DNA of 64,000 nt, from assembly GCA_965248535.1 (NCBI GenBank), contig CBDFJR010000002.1, positions 1,472,001 through 1,536,000 of the forward strand, in the 5' to 3' direction. Made by a program: the position numbers and the translations under genes. Within the stretch, counting starts at the first letter, position 1, and each line of letters opens with the position of its first letter. Below the pieces are notes generated by a model. It did no database searches, was not told the DNA's origin, and worked only from the letters and a program-made list of their open reading frames with translations. This DNA is from Phormidesmis sp. Lineage in GTDB: Bacteria; Cyanobacteriota; Cyanobacteriia; Leptolyngbyales; Leptolyngbyaceae. Positions 10,347-21,459 of this stretch are shown piece after piece.

Positions 10347-11981
10347 ATGACGAACCTTCTTTTCAAACCTGTCTGGCTAACCCTAGGGATCGTGGCCGCC
10401 AGTTTGCCCCTTTCATCAGTGTCTGCTGCGGCTGGCGTTCCGGTGAGGGTGCCTGCTCAAGCAGCCGAGGCAGTCTCTTTAGAATCTGGAGACAACGAGA
10501 CCAGCGAGACTGCCTTATCTCAAGTCACCTCGGTTTCTCAATTGACCGATGTGCGCCCGACCGATTGGGCCTTTCAAGCCCTGCAATCTTTGGTTGAGCG
10601 GTATGGCTGCATTGCGGGCTATCCTGACAAAACCTATCGCGGCAACCGGGCCCTGACTCGCTATGAGTTTGCGGCGGGGCTAAATGCGTGTCTCGATCGC
10701 GTCAACGAACTGATCGCGGCGGCCACCACTGATCTCGTCAAAAAAGAAGATCTGGCAACGCTGCAAAAACTCCAAGAAGAATTTGCCGCAGAACTGGCCA
10801 CCCTGCGCGGTCGCGTTGATGCCCTAGAAGCGCGCACCACAACTTTAGAAAAGCAGCAATTTTCAACCACCACCAAGCTCAATGGCGAAGTGGTAGTGGG
10901 CATTGCGGGAGTGGCAGCAGGTAGAAGGATTAGCGGTCGAGAAGTCTCGAAAAATACGATCGTCGGCGATCGGGTTCGTCTCAATCTAGACACCAGCTTT
11001 ACGGGTAAAGACTTACTGCGGACTCGGCTGCAAGCCTCAAACTTAACCCCGCTGCCTGCGGCTAGCGACAATGGCGACTTTCTGACCCACGAAGGAAACT
11101 TTAGGTTTGCAGGCGCGGGCAACAACACCCTCGGACTAGATGCCCTGCTCTATCAGTTTCCGTTAGGGGAGAAAACGACGGTCACGATCGAGGCAAACGC
11201 GGGCGCGATCGACGACTTTACCGATACTCTAAATCCCTTTTTAGACGGGGATGGTGCAGTCGGTGCCCTGACCCACTTTGGCACTCGCAACTCTATTTAC
11301 TATCTCGTCAATGGCACAGGTCTGGGGTTGCGTCACTCGTTTGGCGATGCGCTAGAGTTGAGCCTCGGCTATTTGGCAAACGATGCCGCCAGCCCAGTGA
11401 ATGGGTCAGGCTTGTTGAATGGCCCCTATGGCGCGATCGCTCAGTTGACTTTCAAGCCCAGCAAAGCCCTGGCATTAGGACTGACCTACATCCACTCTTA
11501 CAACACCGACTTTACGGCAAACGGCAGCGTCGGCAGTGACCTGGCTAACTTTCGTGAAAGCACAGGGTTGGCCACCTCTGCCAATGCTTATGGGGTAGAA
11601 GCATCCTTTAAGCTGAGTCCTAAGATCAACCTCAATGGCTCGGTGGGCTACACCAACGCTCAAACGCTGACAGGTGCTAAAGGCAATTTTGAGATCTGGA
11701 ACTGGTCAGTCGGTCTAGCCCTGCCTGATCTAGGCAAAAAAGGCAACTTGGGGGGGATCATCGTTGGCATGGAGCCGAAGGTCACAGGCAGCAGCGGCAC
11801 CTTGGGGCAAACCTTTGGGCGCGATCGCGACACCTCGCTGCACGTCGAAGGCTTTTATCAATATCAGTTGACCGACAACATCGCCCTCACGCCGGGCATT
11901 GTCTGGCTCACGGCTCCGAACCATAACGATCGTAACGACGATGTGGTGATTGGCACCGTTCGGGCAACTTTCACGTTCTAA
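10347..11981 (+). CDS. SLH-domain OprB-type (iron uptake) porin
   Basis: QVTSVSQLTDVRPTDWAFQALQSLVERYGC SLH, QFSTTTKLNGE, C-terminal VRATFTF; start set at MTNLLF with signal peptide. Confidence 0.93.
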   Translation: MTNLLFKPVWLTLGIVAASLPLSSVSAAAGVPVRVPAQAAEAVSLESGDNETSETALSQVTSVSQLTDVRPTDWAFQALQSLVERYGCIAGYPDKTYRGNRALTRYEFAAGLNACLDRVNELIAAATTDLVKKEDLATLQKLQEEFAAELATLRGRVDALEARTTTLEKQQFSTTTKLNGEVVVGIAGVAAGRRISGREVSKNTIVGDRVRLNLDTSFTGKDLLRTRLQASNLTPLPAASDNGDFLTHEGNFRFAGAGNNTLGLDALLYQFPLGEKTTVTIEANAGAIDDFTDTLNPFLDGDGAVGALTHFGTRNSIYYLVNGTGLGLRHSFGDALELSLGYLANDAASPVNGSGLLNGPYGAIAQLTFKPSKALALGLTYIHSYNTDFTANGSVGSDLANFRESTGLATSANAYGVEASFKLSPKINLNGSVGYTNAQTLTGAKGNFEIWNWSVGLALPDLGKKGNLGGIIVGMEPKVTGSSGTLGQTFGRDRDTSLHVEGFYQYQLTDNIALTPGIVWLTAPNHNDRNDDVVIGTVRATFTF

Positions 11982-11992
11982 AATAGCCAAAC

Positions 11993-12030
11993 AAAAAGTC
12001 CCCAACTGATCAAACCATTGGGGACTCTTT
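11993..12030. terminator. Bidirectional terminator
   Basis: AAAAGTCCCCAA...TTGGGGACTCTTT hairpin between convergent genes. Confidence 0.7.
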
Positions 12031-12059
12031 ACTACAAGTGACTATAAGAACGCAATGCC

Positions 12060-12710
12060 TTAAGCCATGCTGTTTTCGATTGCCCAGCGTGCCAACTCAG
12101 TGCGGTTGTGCAAGCCAGTTTTGCCGAGCATATTGCTGACGTGACTCTCGATCGTGCGCTGGCTGACGTTTAACTCTTCAGCGATCTCTCGGTTTGCCAT
12201 CCCCCGCGCCACAAACTGCACCACCCGCAACTCAGTCGGCGTTAGCTCAACATCAAACGGCACCTGGATCTTGGGCGCGTTGTCTCCCCCTTTAGAGTCT
12301 TTGTGCTGAATCAGTCGCGAAGCCTGCTTAAGAGAAGACTCAACCTGAGCCACCAATTCTTCTGGCTCAAATGGTTTGACCATGTAGACATCTGCGCCAA
12401 TATTCAGCCCTTTCACGCGGTCTTGGCTCTGCCCTTTGGCAGATAGAAACAGAACGGGAACCCAACTGGTTTTGGGGTCTTGGCGAATAGCGCTGACTAG
12501 AGAATAGCCATCCATCTCTGGCATCATGACATCACAGATAATCATGTCCGGCGTTTCTTGTTCTAAAACTTCTAGAGCCTCGCGACCGTTTTCAGCCGTG
12601 ATGACTTCATAGCCGCGAAACTCAAGATAATCTTTGACTAGCAAAATCAAGTTAGGGTCATCATCAATCAACAGCAATCGCCTGTGATTCCCTGCGCTGG
12701 TTTCCTTCAT
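12060..12710 (-). CDS. NarL/LuxR-family response regulator (Rre1/OrrA-like)
   Basis: LLLIDDDPNLILLVKDYLEFRGY receiver and LTPTELRVVQFVARGMANREIAEEL LuxR HTH. Confidence 0.9.
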   Translation of the reverse strand: MKETSAGNHRRLLLIDDDPNLILLVKDYLEFRGYEVITAENGREALEVLEQETPDMIICDVMMPEMDGYSLVSAIRQDPKTSWVPVLFLSAKGQSQDRVKGLNIGADVYMVKPFEPEELVAQVESSLKQASRLIQHKDSKGGDNAPKIQVPFDVELTPTELRVVQFVARGMANREIAEELNVSQRTIESHVSNMLGKTGLHNRTELARWAIENSMA

Positions 12711-13085
12711 GCTGTGACACTCGCTCTGCCTGAATCGGGATTAACGGTTAAAAACTGAGTTCCATCAACTGACATATTTTACAAAACTAGCCGTTTAAGT
12801 GAACGGAAATCTTGTGAAAACCTGTTTTCTTATGAAAAGCCTCGAAGTAGCCATCGAAAAGTTGTTTATTTCTAATCGTTGACTAAAGCGTAGATTAATT
12901 ACCCCTTGTTTCTCGTGTCATTATATACGACTGCTCAGAAAATTTAACATTATTCAGCCAATGATCTGACGGCAACCTGAGCAGGCAGAGGGTTTTTCGC
13001 ATCGTTAAGGAGCGATACATAAACAAGCCAAAAGGTGTTTAAAGAATGCGCCAAGTGACTGAAGACAATAGGTTTAGACGATCGT

Positions 13086-13574
13086 CTATTGACAATTTTC
13101 GTCGAGGTTAGGTTCGCTGACTTTCATAGAATCTGCCTTCAGGTTTGGTACGGAATGTAACTGATGAGGCTGAGTTGAGTCGGTGTTTGCTGGTGTTGGA
13201 AGCGGATGCGTCAGAAATGCATATTCTTGGACAACGTTGTTTTCAATTAAGTGTTCTTGGATGATGCGATCGATGATTTCTGGGCTAGCGGCTCGATACC
13301 AAACTCCGTCGGGGTAGACCACCATAATCGGCCCTTGATCACAAACGCGCAGGCAGTTAACTTTAGTGCGGAAGATGCAATCAGGGCGCTCGATCGTGGG
13401 GGTGTCGAGTTTGAGTTCTTTTAACCGAGTTTTGAGATGGTTCCAGGCAGCTAACCCTGCTTCTTTAGAACAGCACAGGGGTTTTGTTTGGTCAGCACAG
13501 ATCAAAACGTGACGTTGAATGCGATCGAGTCCTAAAGTTTCAACACACGCGGCTAAGTTGGGTTGCAAAGTCAT
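13086..13574 (-). CDS. Thioredoxin-like [2Fe-2S] ferredoxin
   Basis: HVLICADQTKPLCC...RTKVNCLRVCDQGPIMVVYPDGVWY. Confidence 0.88.
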   Translation of the reverse strand: MTLQPNLAACVETLGLDRIQRHVLICADQTKPLCCSKEAGLAAWNHLKTRLKELKLDTPTIERPDCIFRTKVNCLRVCDQGPIMVVYPDGVWYRAASPEIIDRIIQEHLIENNVVQEYAFLTHPLPTPANTDSTQPHQLHSVPNLKADSMKVSEPNLDENCQ

Positions 13575-13697
13575 TGATTAGAAGATTTATCTGGCGATCG
13601 CTAGGTTTTTTGCAAGATAGAGCACTTAGAGCAGCAGTCCACTACTTTAGAGAGGGCTAGTCAGACAAACTACCACCTAAAGATAGATTGACTGATC

Positions 13698-13725
13698 AAA
13701 AAAGGCAGGGATTGATTTCCCTACC
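13698..13725 (-). terminator. Terminator of creD
   Basis: Minus strand reads GGTAGGGA-AATCAA-TCCCTGCC-TTTTTT. Confidence 0.65.
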
Positions 13726-13762
13726 CTGCGAGTTTAACGCGGTTGCCCTGAGTTTCTAACGG

Positions 13763-15118
13763 TCAAAAGGTTTCTGGTGCAGGCGGCTCAGGCTGCGGTT
13801 CCACTCGTTTGGGGCTGATGGTTGGTTCCAGCGACTCCATGCGGCGGGTGAAATACATAATAATCGCCAAGAAAACAAATAGCCCAATTGACCCCATTAA
13901 CAGCGAATAGTCTTGATTGGCTAGCACCACGTAAAGATAGCTGTAGAGGGCAGCTTGCATGACTCCCACGATCGCGCCCCGTTTTTTAGCGCGCAGCACT
14001 GAGACTGAATAGGCCGTAATTAAAACGACAACTGCACCCGTAGCGGTCAAATAGCCAATTTTGAACCCCAGATGCTCAGAGACGGCCAATTGCAGGAGAT
14101 AGAACATCGACATCGCTACCCCAACTAGCAGATATTGCAGAGGGTGAACGCGCAGCCGAGTCGCCGTCTCAAACAGCCAAAACACTGCAAACGTCAGAAT
14201 CAAGAAGAGATAGTTGTATTTAATGCTGCGATCGCTCATGCGATAGTTATCAACGGGCGAAATTAAATCAACTCCAAACAGTGAAGCCTGAATCAGTTCG
14301 GGACTAACGGGCGATTCACTATTCCACTGTTGGGGATAGTTGCGACCCAGAGACGGAATATCCCAGGTAGACTCGAAGCCCTTAGAAGTCACCGATCGCT
14401 GGTCAGGCAGCCACACCCCCTGAAAGCTAGGATTTGTCCAGTCAGAGTTAAGGCTGACTTTGGTCACTTTGCCAAAGGGCGCAAAGGCGATTTTTTCACT
14501 GCCATTCACCGTTAAAGGAATCGCAAAATCGAAGCTGTCGCCCTTGATCTGATCTTTTAAATTGGCGTGAATGCCCTGTTCAGCGCCACCATATTTGCCT
14601 TGCCCGGCGGTAAATGGGATTGATTTTTGATTCCAGTCTAGGGTTGCCTGGGTTTGAATGGCGTGAGCATCAGAGATTTGCAGACTCAGTTCGGCGCGAT
14701 CCCACAAAACATCTTCGGGTCTCACTCCCCAACTCACGACATCCGGGCGAACAAACCGACCGCGAATATCCAGCTTAGTTTGATAGATCGGCACTTCAAA
14801 AATGCCGCGATAGCGCACTTCTGTCTTGAGATTGCCCTTCACCTGCAAGTCATCGGGCAAAAAGGTGCCGTATTTGACTTCGGCTTTTTCATCTTTGCCA
14901 GACTGCGATCGCCGAATATAAGGCACATAGAGCCGAGGCCCCAAAATAGTCTGCTCACGCCCCCAATTAGACGTGATGCTGCTGATTGCTTCTTGCCTTA
15001 GGTTTTGGCGATCGCTCACCAACCCTTGCAGCATGGCCGTCGGAATTTGCAAAACGAGAATCAGAAACGTGATCAAAAAAAGGCGGGCGAATTGAGAGTT
15101 TTTTAGCTGCTCATACAT
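13763..15118 (-). CDS. creD: Inner membrane protein CreD
   Basis: RYRGIFEVPIY, PSFQGVWLP, RSIKY, VHPLQYLLVG, MYFTR; six C-terminal TM helices. Confidence 0.92.
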   Translation of the reverse strand: MYEQLKNSQFARLFLITFLILVLQIPTAMLQGLVSDRQNLRQEAISSITSNWGREQTILGPRLYVPYIRRSQSGKDEKAEVKYGTFLPDDLQVKGNLKTEVRYRGIFEVPIYQTKLDIRGRFVRPDVVSWGVRPEDVLWDRAELSLQISDAHAIQTQATLDWNQKSIPFTAGQGKYGGAEQGIHANLKDQIKGDSFDFAIPLTVNGSEKIAFAPFGKVTKVSLNSDWTNPSFQGVWLPDQRSVTSKGFESTWDIPSLGRNYPQQWNSESPVSPELIQASLFGVDLISPVDNYRMSDRSIKYNYLFLILTFAVFWLFETATRLRVHPLQYLLVGVAMSMFYLLQLAVSEHLGFKIGYLTATGAVVVLITAYSVSVLRAKKRGAIVGVMQAALYSYLYVVLANQDYSLLMGSIGLFVFLAIIMYFTRRMESLEPTISPKRVEPQPEPPAPETF

Positions 15119-15489
15119 AGCGGGTGACGATTAAGAAGACTGACGGCTTTGATTGATTTCTCAAGGCTTCAGCTTTGCGGTCAGACGTTTCGGACGCGAG
15201 AATTTAAGAAATGTGAAGCAGATGCCTGAGGAGGTTAGGTCTTTTCTAACAACGCAGGTTGCGAGTTACAGATTCTAGAGAGATTGCGTCCTGCCTTCAC
15301 GTTTGCTGATGGCTAGAAGCCTAAGTTAGTTAAAACCTGATATATCTCAAATGACAAAACTCCTAAGATGCGTTTGAACTGGTTTAGAGCATTTTTAGAA
15401 TAGTTTTGATGTGAATAGTTACCTTAAATAGAGTTAGAAAGTTCATATTCAGCTAAAAAATCAATTTAAGGCTCAACTAATTGCCCTCA

Positions 15490-15730
15490 TTATTTATATA
15501 TAAATATTCCTTAAAGAGCTAGTAAAGATTTAGCTATTTGTACGAATAAAGTATTTGAATATGTGTATTTTGAATCGGGAATTTGAGAATTCTAGAAATT
15601 CTCTTGATTTCACTGCTTATTTATAAATCTCCTTTGAAGGGCTAGTGAAGATTCAACTATTTGCAGGGATAAAGCATTTGCGTGAGTGTAATTTGAATTG
15701 AGGAGCTTGATTTCTCTGGAACTTATCTCG
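15490..15730. repeat. Diverged tandem duplication, period about 123 bp
   Basis: GCTAGTAAAGATTTAGCTATTTGTACGAATAAAGTATTTG at 15518 versus GCTAGTGAAGATTCAACTATTTGCAGGGATAAAGCATTTG at 15641. Confidence 0.7.
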
Positions 15731-15819
15731 TTCAAATTACTTTAGCTTTGTCTCATTTAGAGCTTAACTAAAGCTAGCTTTTCAGTCCTTTTGAAATCAC
15801 CAAGGTTATAGGAGTATTA

Positions 15820-16965
15820 ATGGTTAATTCTCATCCAGAAGAAACTAATAAAGCGGTTTCTTCTGAGTCTTTACCCAAAGAGAAGCGACCAAGGTTGATT
15901 GGAATTGACTTATTTCGAGTCATTGCTATTTACGCCGTTGTCATTCTTCATAGCGATGGGGTGGTCAAAGTTTTGCCCCCTGTTTGGTTAAAGATTAGAG
16001 AGTTTTCTCTGTTTGCAGTTCCTTTTTTTTTGGCTGCTGCGTTTTATTTTGCAGTCAATCAAATCTATGCCTCTCGGAGTTCATATCCATTACGTTCAAG
16101 ACTGACTCGCCTCCTAATTCCCTATGCGTGTTGGTCTGGGGTTTACGTGCTTTATAAGGTTGCTAGATACACGATCGTAGGTGAGCCAGCCAAAATTCTA
16201 GAGATAGTTCATGATCCCCTCAATCTCCTCTTTTTTGGAGGTGCTGCTATTCATCTTTACTTTCTTTCCCTATTAGCGTTGGGAACCTTGTTATTGAAAC
16301 TAGCAGAGGTTTTAATTAATAAAAACGTTTCTTTTAGAGCTTTAGGATGGATGACGTTGGCAAGTCTTCTATTTTATGAAGGGGCTATCATTTTAATAAA
16401 TATTCTGCAAAATGAACCCTATTATTCAAACACTTTAGTAAGATTTCCTGTGCCTCATTTGGCAGATTTTAACCCGTTTCTTCGACTAGCCTTAGTGATT
16501 GGGTTTTGGCTAGTAAAATGCTTGCCTTATATAGCATTAAGCATGTTCTTAAGTCATCCTAAGCATCGTATCTTTTTCTCGAAACTCATAGAGCGATATT
16601 CATTTCTGTGGCTAGTTATTTTTCTAGATTGTAATATTTTTGGGTCTTTTATACTATCAAATTCTGTTTATGAGATTGCTAGAGGTTATACAGCTTTGCT
16701 GGCTGCGATCGCACTCTCTAAATATCTTCAAAACAATTCTTTTTTACAAAGTTTAGGACAGTGCACATTTGGGATCTATCTGATTCATCCGCTGTTTGTT
16801 GAGGTGCTTCAGCCTGTTGCTATTCGTCTGTATCCTGATTTTGTCCATCACACTTCTACAGCAGCATTAGTAGTTGCATCTTCCGTCGTTTTTCTACTCA
16901 GTTGGATTGCGACAATAAAACTAACAGAGAACAAGACGCTCTCGTTTTTCTTTGGCTATCGTTGA
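15820..16965 (+). CDS. Acyltransferase family 3 (membrane O-acyltransferase)
   Basis: RLIGIDLFRVIAIYAVVILH, FAVPFF, RLTRLLIPY, HLYFL, LGQCTFGIYLIHP; multi-TM, AT-rich. Confidence 0.88.
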   Translation: MVNSHPEETNKAVSSESLPKEKRPRLIGIDLFRVIAIYAVVILHSDGVVKVLPPVWLKIREFSLFAVPFFLAAAFYFAVNQIYASRSSYPLRSRLTRLLIPYACWSGVYVLYKVARYTIVGEPAKILEIVHDPLNLLFFGGAAIHLYFLSLLALGTLLLKLAEVLINKNVSFRALGWMTLASLLFYEGAIILINILQNEPYYSNTLVRFPVPHLADFNPFLRLALVIGFWLVKCLPYIALSMFLSHPKHRIFFSKLIERYSFLWLVIFLDCNIFGSFILSNSVYEIARGYTALLAAIALSKYLQNNSFLQSLGQCTFGIYLIHPLFVEVLQPVAIRLYPDFVHHTSTAALVVASSVVFLLSWIATIKLTENKTLSFFFGYR

Positions 16966-17014
16966 GTTTGTGCAATAGGTTTGGCGACTTGGCAAGCAAG
17001 TTTAAATAGGTCAG

Positions 17015-18724
17015 TTAGAACAGAAAATAGCGTTGCGCCATGGGCAAGACCGTTGCAGGTTCACAGGTGATCAATTGCCCGTCAGCACGCACCTCGTAGG
17101 TTTCGGGGTCTACTTCAACGTGGGGCAAGGCATCATTGAGCTTCATATCGCGTTTGGTGAGGTTGCGCGTGTTGGCGATCGCGACCGCCGTTTTTTGAAG
17201 ATTTAGCTTATCAGGGATGCCTTTTTTGAGGGCGACTTGAGAGAGAAAGGTCAGAGACGTGGCGGCGATCGCGCCGCCAAAACTGCCAAACATCGGCCGC
17301 ATATGCACAGGCTGTGGCGTAGGAATGCTGGCATTAGCATCGCCCATTTGTGCCCAGGCAATCATGCCGCCTTTAATCACCATTTCGGGCTTTACGCCAA
17401 ACATGGCCGGTCGCCATAGGCATAGGTCTGCCAATTTACCGACTTCGATCGAACCGACGTGGTTAGCGATGCCGTGAGTGATCGCTGGATTGATCGTATA
17501 TTTTGCGATGTAGCGTTTGGCTCGGTGATTATCGTTGCGAGATGAATCTTCTGGTAGCGGGCCGCGCTGGACTTTCATCTTGTGTCCGGTTTGCCAAGTG
17601 CGAATGATCACTTCACCAATGCGACCCATGGCCTGAGAGTCGGACGACAACATACTAAACGCCCCCAAGTCGTGCAGAATATCCTCGGCGGCGATCGTTT
17701 CTCGGCGAATTCGCGACTCGGCAAAGGCCACATCTTCAGGAATGCTGGGATCGAGGTGGTGGCAGACCATCAGCATATCCAAGTGTTCGTCTAGGGTGTT
17801 GAGCGTGTATGGGCGAGTCGGATTGGTCGAGGACGGCAACACATTCGCTTCGCCGCAGACTTTGATGATGTCGGGGGCGTGCCCGCCGCCTGCGCCTTCG
17901 GTGTGGTAGGTGTGAATGACGCGATTTTTAAAAGCGGCGATCGTGTCTTCCACAAACCCGGCTTCATTCAGCGTGTCGCTGTGGATGGCAACCTGCACCT
18001 CGTATTCGTCAGCAACGGTCAGACAGGTATCGATCGCCGCCGGAGTGGTGCCCCAATCTTCGTGGAGTTTGAGTCCAATTACGCCTGCTTTGATCTGTTC
18101 CTCAAGGGCTGCGGGCTGCGAACTGTTGCCTTTGCCAAGAAATCCGATGTTCATCGGAAACGCGTCGGCGGCTTGCAGCATCCGGTAGATATTCCAAGGC
18201 CCAGGCGTGCAGGTGGTGGCGCTCGTTCCGGCGGCTGGGCCAGTGCCTCCGCCGATCATGGTCGTGATGCCAGAAGCGATCGCTACCTCAATCTGCTGCG
18301 GACAAATGAAGTGAATGTGAGTATCAATGCCGCCCGCCGTCAGGATCATGCCTTCGCCCGCGATCGCTTCGGTGCCAGGCCCAATAATAATGGTTACGTT
18401 GTCTTGAATATAGGGATTTCCGGCTTTCCCGATCGCTGCAATTTTGCCGTCTTTAATTCCAATATCTGCTTTGACAATGCCCCACCAGTCTAGAATTAAC
18501 GCATTGGTAATTACGGCATCAACTGCGCCATCTTCGTTGGTGATCGGCGATTGCCCCATGCCGTCACGAATCACTTTGCCGCCGCCAAACTTCACTTCAT
18601 CGCCGTAGGTAGTGTAGTCTTGTTCGACTTCGATAATCAGTTCGGTGTCTGCCAAACGCACCCGATCGCCCACCGTGGGGCCAAAGGTTTCAGCGTAGGC
18701 GCGGCGATTCATGCGGTAGCTCAT
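17015..18724 (-). CDS. ureC: Urease subunit alpha
   Basis: [49 protein letters not shown]. Confidence 0.99.
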   Translation of the reverse strand: MSYRMNRRAYAETFGPTVGDRVRLADTELIIEVEQDYTTYGDEVKFGGGKVIRDGMGQSPITNEDGAVDAVITNALILDWWGIVKADIGIKDGKIAAIGKAGNPYIQDNVTIIIGPGTEAIAGEGMILTAGGIDTHIHFICPQQIEVAIASGITTMIGGGTGPAAGTSATTCTPGPWNIYRMLQAADAFPMNIGFLGKGNSSQPAALEEQIKAGVIGLKLHEDWGTTPAAIDTCLTVADEYEVQVAIHSDTLNEAGFVEDTIAAFKNRVIHTYHTEGAGGGHAPDIIKVCGEANVLPSSTNPTRPYTLNTLDEHLDMLMVCHHLDPSIPEDVAFAESRIRRETIAAEDILHDLGAFSMLSSDSQAMGRIGEVIIRTWQTGHKMKVQRGPLPEDSSRNDNHRAKRYIAKYTINPAITHGIANHVGSIEVGKLADLCLWRPAMFGVKPEMVIKGGMIAWAQMGDANASIPTPQPVHMRPMFGSFGGAIAATSLTFLSQVALKKGIPDKLNLQKTAVAIANTRNLTKRDMKLNDALPHVEVDPETYEVRADGQLITCEPATVLPMAQRYFLF

Positions 18725-18778
18725 GCAGTTTTCCTCAGAGATAAAAGGTCAAGTTTTTTATAAAACTAACGGGTGAAA

Positions 18779-19204
18779 TTAAGGACGAAAGATCCGATCA
18801 AAGGGCTGTTTTCGATAGCGACGATAAATATCAAAATCTTTATCTAACGTTGCAATAGCTGCAATATTTAAACGTTCGGAAATCACAATTAAAGAGAGAT
18901 CGGCAAAATCACCCGGTAGGTCAGCATATTGAGCATTGAGTTCAGCAATTCGCGTAAAGTCGCTTGCTATGAGCGGTTCACAGGTGTAGATGCCTTCAGC
19001 AAGATCTGTCAAAAAATCATTCTGCACAAGCAAATTAGAAGAAAGCAACCACATTGTTTCGGTGACACACCCTAAGCTTGTGATCAATTGACTTGTGCAA
19101 CTCGCAAAAAAATTACGCACTTGAGAATGACTATTGTCGGCTGAATTGTAAAAAGCAACAAAAATGGAGGTGTCTACTAAAACCGTTGGGGGATAGTTGG
19201 TCAT
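18779..19204 (-). CDS. vapC: PIN-domain toxin (VapC-like)
   Basis: VLVDTSIFVAF...TE...DFADLSL...TLDKDFDIYR acidic PIN residues. Confidence 0.88.
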   Translation of the reverse strand: MTNYPPTVLVDTSIFVAFYNSADNSHSQVRNFFASCTSQLITSLGCVTETMWLLSSNLLVQNDFLTDLAEGIYTCEPLIASDFTRIAELNAQYADLPGDFADLSLIVISERLNIAAIATLDKDFDIYRRYRKQPFDRIFRP

Positions 19205-19470
19205 TCCTGGGTTTGCTCTCGTTCATGGCGTTTTTGAACGTGTTCGGCAATCAACGTCTTACGCACATCTCGATCGGATAGATTTCCGGGGCCCGATAGA
19301 AAGTGGCGAGGACGATCGCCCATGCGCTCTAGCACAGTTTTTTGAGGCTGTAAGGTTTGCCAATGTTGATGAAGCAGTCGTTGAAAGAGTTCGCTGCTGG
19401 TTGTTTTTTCTTGGGCTAAGATTTCGACCAGATATTTTTCTGCTTCGTCGTTAAGAGTGATCGTAATCAT
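19201..19470 (-). CDS. Putative antitoxin of the adjacent PIN toxin
   Basis: 89 aa, ATGA overlap with the toxin gene, RHH-like N-terminus, GPGNLSDR motif. Confidence 0.75.
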   Translation of the reverse strand: MITITLNDEAEKYLVEILAQEKTTSSELFQRLLHQHWQTLQPQKTVLERMGDRPRHFLSGPGNLSDRDVRKTLIAEHVQKRHEREQTQE

Positions 19471-19497
19471 GAGGTTATTTCCAGTTTGAACGCTAAT

Positions 19498-20121
19498 TTA
19501 AGCTAACAAAAGGGGAGAATCTTGGTCAATTTTGATGTGATTAGGCTGAGAGGCGACCCGATCGCACCACGCTTGAATCTTGGGAAACTTGTTCAAGTCA
19601 TAGCCACCTTCGTAGGCAACGTGAGTGTAGGAGTAGAGGGCAATATCAGCGATCGTGTAGCGGTTCCCCACAAAAAACGAATGGGTTGTTAGATGTTTTT
19701 CCATCACATCAAATCCCGCATTTCCTAATCTTTGATGGTAAGAAATTAGTGGCGCGAACTGCTCAGGTTGTTTAATAATCGAAATCCAAAATCTGGGACG
19801 AGATAGATTTGCGCCTAAACTGAACTGCTCAAAAAATAGCCATTTTAGAATTTGATTTCGTTCTGAGCGATCGCTGGCAAAGAAATCAGTTTCTTCAGCC
19901 AAATAGATCAAAATCGAATTTGATTCGGTCAAAAAGACATCGGATTCTACTTCTAAGACAGGCACCTTCCCATTCGGATTTTTTTGCAAAAACTCTGGCA
20001 AATGAGTTTCTTGATTGAGCAGATTTACTGAGATCAGTTCAAAGGGAATCTGAAGCTGGGTTAAGAACAATCGCAGTTTGTAACAGTTACCCGAAGGCGG
20101 AAAGCTATAAAGCCGATACAT
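19498..20121 (-). CDS. Glutathione S-transferase
   Basis: SGNCYKLR, KNPNGKVPVL, ESNSILIYLA, YTIADIALYSYT. Confidence 0.93.
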   Translation of the reverse strand: MYRLYSFPPSGNCYKLRLFLTQLQIPFELISVNLLNQETHLPEFLQKNPNGKVPVLEVESDVFLTESNSILIYLAEETDFFASDRSERNQILKWLFFEQFSLGANLSRPRFWISIIKQPEQFAPLISYHQRLGNAGFDVMEKHLTTHSFFVGNRYTIADIALYSYTHVAYEGGYDLNKFPKIQAWCDRVASQPNHIKIDQDSPLLLA

Positions 20122-20141
20122 AAAATTTGTTGCCCTTGAAA

Positions 20142-20489
20142 CTATGAATGTTTGGATTTTTTCTTTGCTTTTTTGGTTTTTCCGTCTAACGCCCCCTCAA
20201 TTTTGGCGTTAAATCCATAGACTTCACGGGTGCCCGCGAAAGGGACTAGCGTGATCTCTCGATCGTCCCCCGGCTCAAACCTAACGGCCGTCCCTGCCGG
20301 GATGTCTAGCCGCATTCCTCGCGCTTGTTCTCGATCAAAATCCAGCGCCGAGTTAACCTCATAAAAGTGAAAATGAGAGCCAACTTGAATCGGGCGATCG
20401 CCCTGATTGGCTACCTTCAGTTTGACGGTTTCACGACCTGCATTCAGTTCGATTTCTCCGTCGTCAATCAACAGTTCTCCAGGAATCAT
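20142..20489 (-). CDS. ureB: Urease subunit beta
   Basis: [37 protein letters not shown]. Confidence 0.98.
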   Translation of the reverse strand: MIPGELLIDDGEIELNAGRETVKLKVANQGDRPIQVGSHFHFYEVNSALDFDREQARGMRLDIPAGTAVRFEPGDDREITLVPFAGTREVYGFNAKIEGALDGKTKKAKKKSKHS

Positions 20490-20497
20490 GACACACC

Positions 20498-20800
20498 TCA
20501 ACGAATGGGATTGTGAACCGTGACTAACTTAGTTCCGTCAGGAAACGTAGCTTCGACCTGCACTTCGTGAATCATCTCAGAAATGCCCTCCATCACATCA
20601 GTTTGAGTCAGCAATGTGGTGCCATAACTCATCAGATCTGAAACCGTTCGCCCGTCTCGTGCTCCTTCTAAAATCGCTGCCGAAATGTAAGCGATCGCTT
20701 CGGGATAGTTGAGTTTTAAGCCCCGATCCTTTCGTCGTTCAGCCAGCAGTGCCGCCGTAAAAATTAACAGTTTGTCTTTTTCTTGAGGAGTTAATTGCAT
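20498..20800 (-). CDS. ureA: Urease subunit gamma
   Basis: [11 protein letters not shown]...LKLNYPEA...[19 protein letters not shown]. Confidence 0.99.
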   Translation of the reverse strand: MQLTPQEKDKLLIFTAALLAERRKDRGLKLNYPEAIAYISAAILEGARDGRTVSDLMSYGTTLLTQTDVMEGISEMIHEVQVEATFPDGTKLVTVHNPIR

Positions 20801-20808
20801 TTCTATTT

Positions 20809-21153
20809 TTAGGGTTCTTGATCATCAACAATAGCTTCAAGCTCAGCTAATAAAATGGGAAGATCTTCAGTGACTGTGCTCCAAACAATATCTAAATTAA
20901 TATCAAAATAGGCATGAGTGAGCCGATTTCTCATACTAATCATCTGTGCCCAAGGAATATTCGGCAGCTCACTTTGACGGTTTTTGCTCATTCGAGAAGC
21001 TGCCTCTCCAATAATTTCGACACACTTGACTATAGATAGCGTAAGCATCCGATTATGATCCAGATCATTTCTATTAGAATTTTTAACAAAGGAAAGAGCT
21101 TCTCTTGCTGCTTCCTTCATGTGAAATAAACGGACTGAATCATCAATGAACAT
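20809..21153 (-). CDS. hepT: HEPN/DUF86 RNase toxin (HepT-like)
   Basis: EIIGEAA...IPW...[12 protein letters not shown]4H motif. Confidence 0.9.
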   Translation of the reverse strand: MFIDDSVRLFHMKEAAREALSFVKNSNRNDLDHNRMLTLSIVKCVEIIGEAASRMSKNRQSELPNIPWAQMISMRNRLTHAYFDINLDIVWSTVTEDLPILLAELEAIVDDQEP

Positions 21154-21448
21154 ACTGTACTAAAGCTAAGTCAAGCACTTTTTGGCGAAACCGACGGCTC
21201 AGATCTTCAGGAGTTCTCAAATCGACTTTGCGACCTAAGATTTCTGTTAATTTGATTTCCATATCTGCTAGTTTAATGAATCCTGGAACATGATTTGGTT
21301 CAAACTCAACCAGAACATCGATATCACTTTCGGCGTTAAAATCTTCTCGTAAAACAGAGCCAAATAGAGACAGTTTTAGAATGTGATTTTGAGTGCAGAA
21401 ATCAGCGATCTCGTCTGGAGAGAGGTTAATTGGAAGTTTTCGATTCAT
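21143..21448 (-). CDS. mntA: Minimal nucleotidyltransferase antitoxin (MntA-like)
   Basis: LFGSVLREDFNAESDIDVLV (GSX10DXD), GRKVDL; GGAGG RBS before the ATG at 21448; overlaps hepT. Confidence 0.9.
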   Translation of the reverse strand: MNRKLPINLSPDEIADFCTQNHILKLSLFGSVLREDFNAESDIDVLVEFEPNHVPGFIKLADMEIKLTEILGRKVDLRTPEDLSRRFRQKVLDLALVQYVH

Positions 21449-21459
21449 GATGCCCTCCG

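Noticed and set aside
15203..15217. TTCACATTTC(T/G)TAAA shared upstream of creD and of the fasciclin gene (35140-35154)
   Set aside because: A 14/15 match in AT-rich intergenic DNA at very different distances from the start codons is compatible with chance
17237..18763. Several antisense ORFs over ureC (and likewise over ftsH3, metH, the porin and the ABC genes)
   Set aside because: Shadow frames of strongly conserved genes with no recognisable motifs
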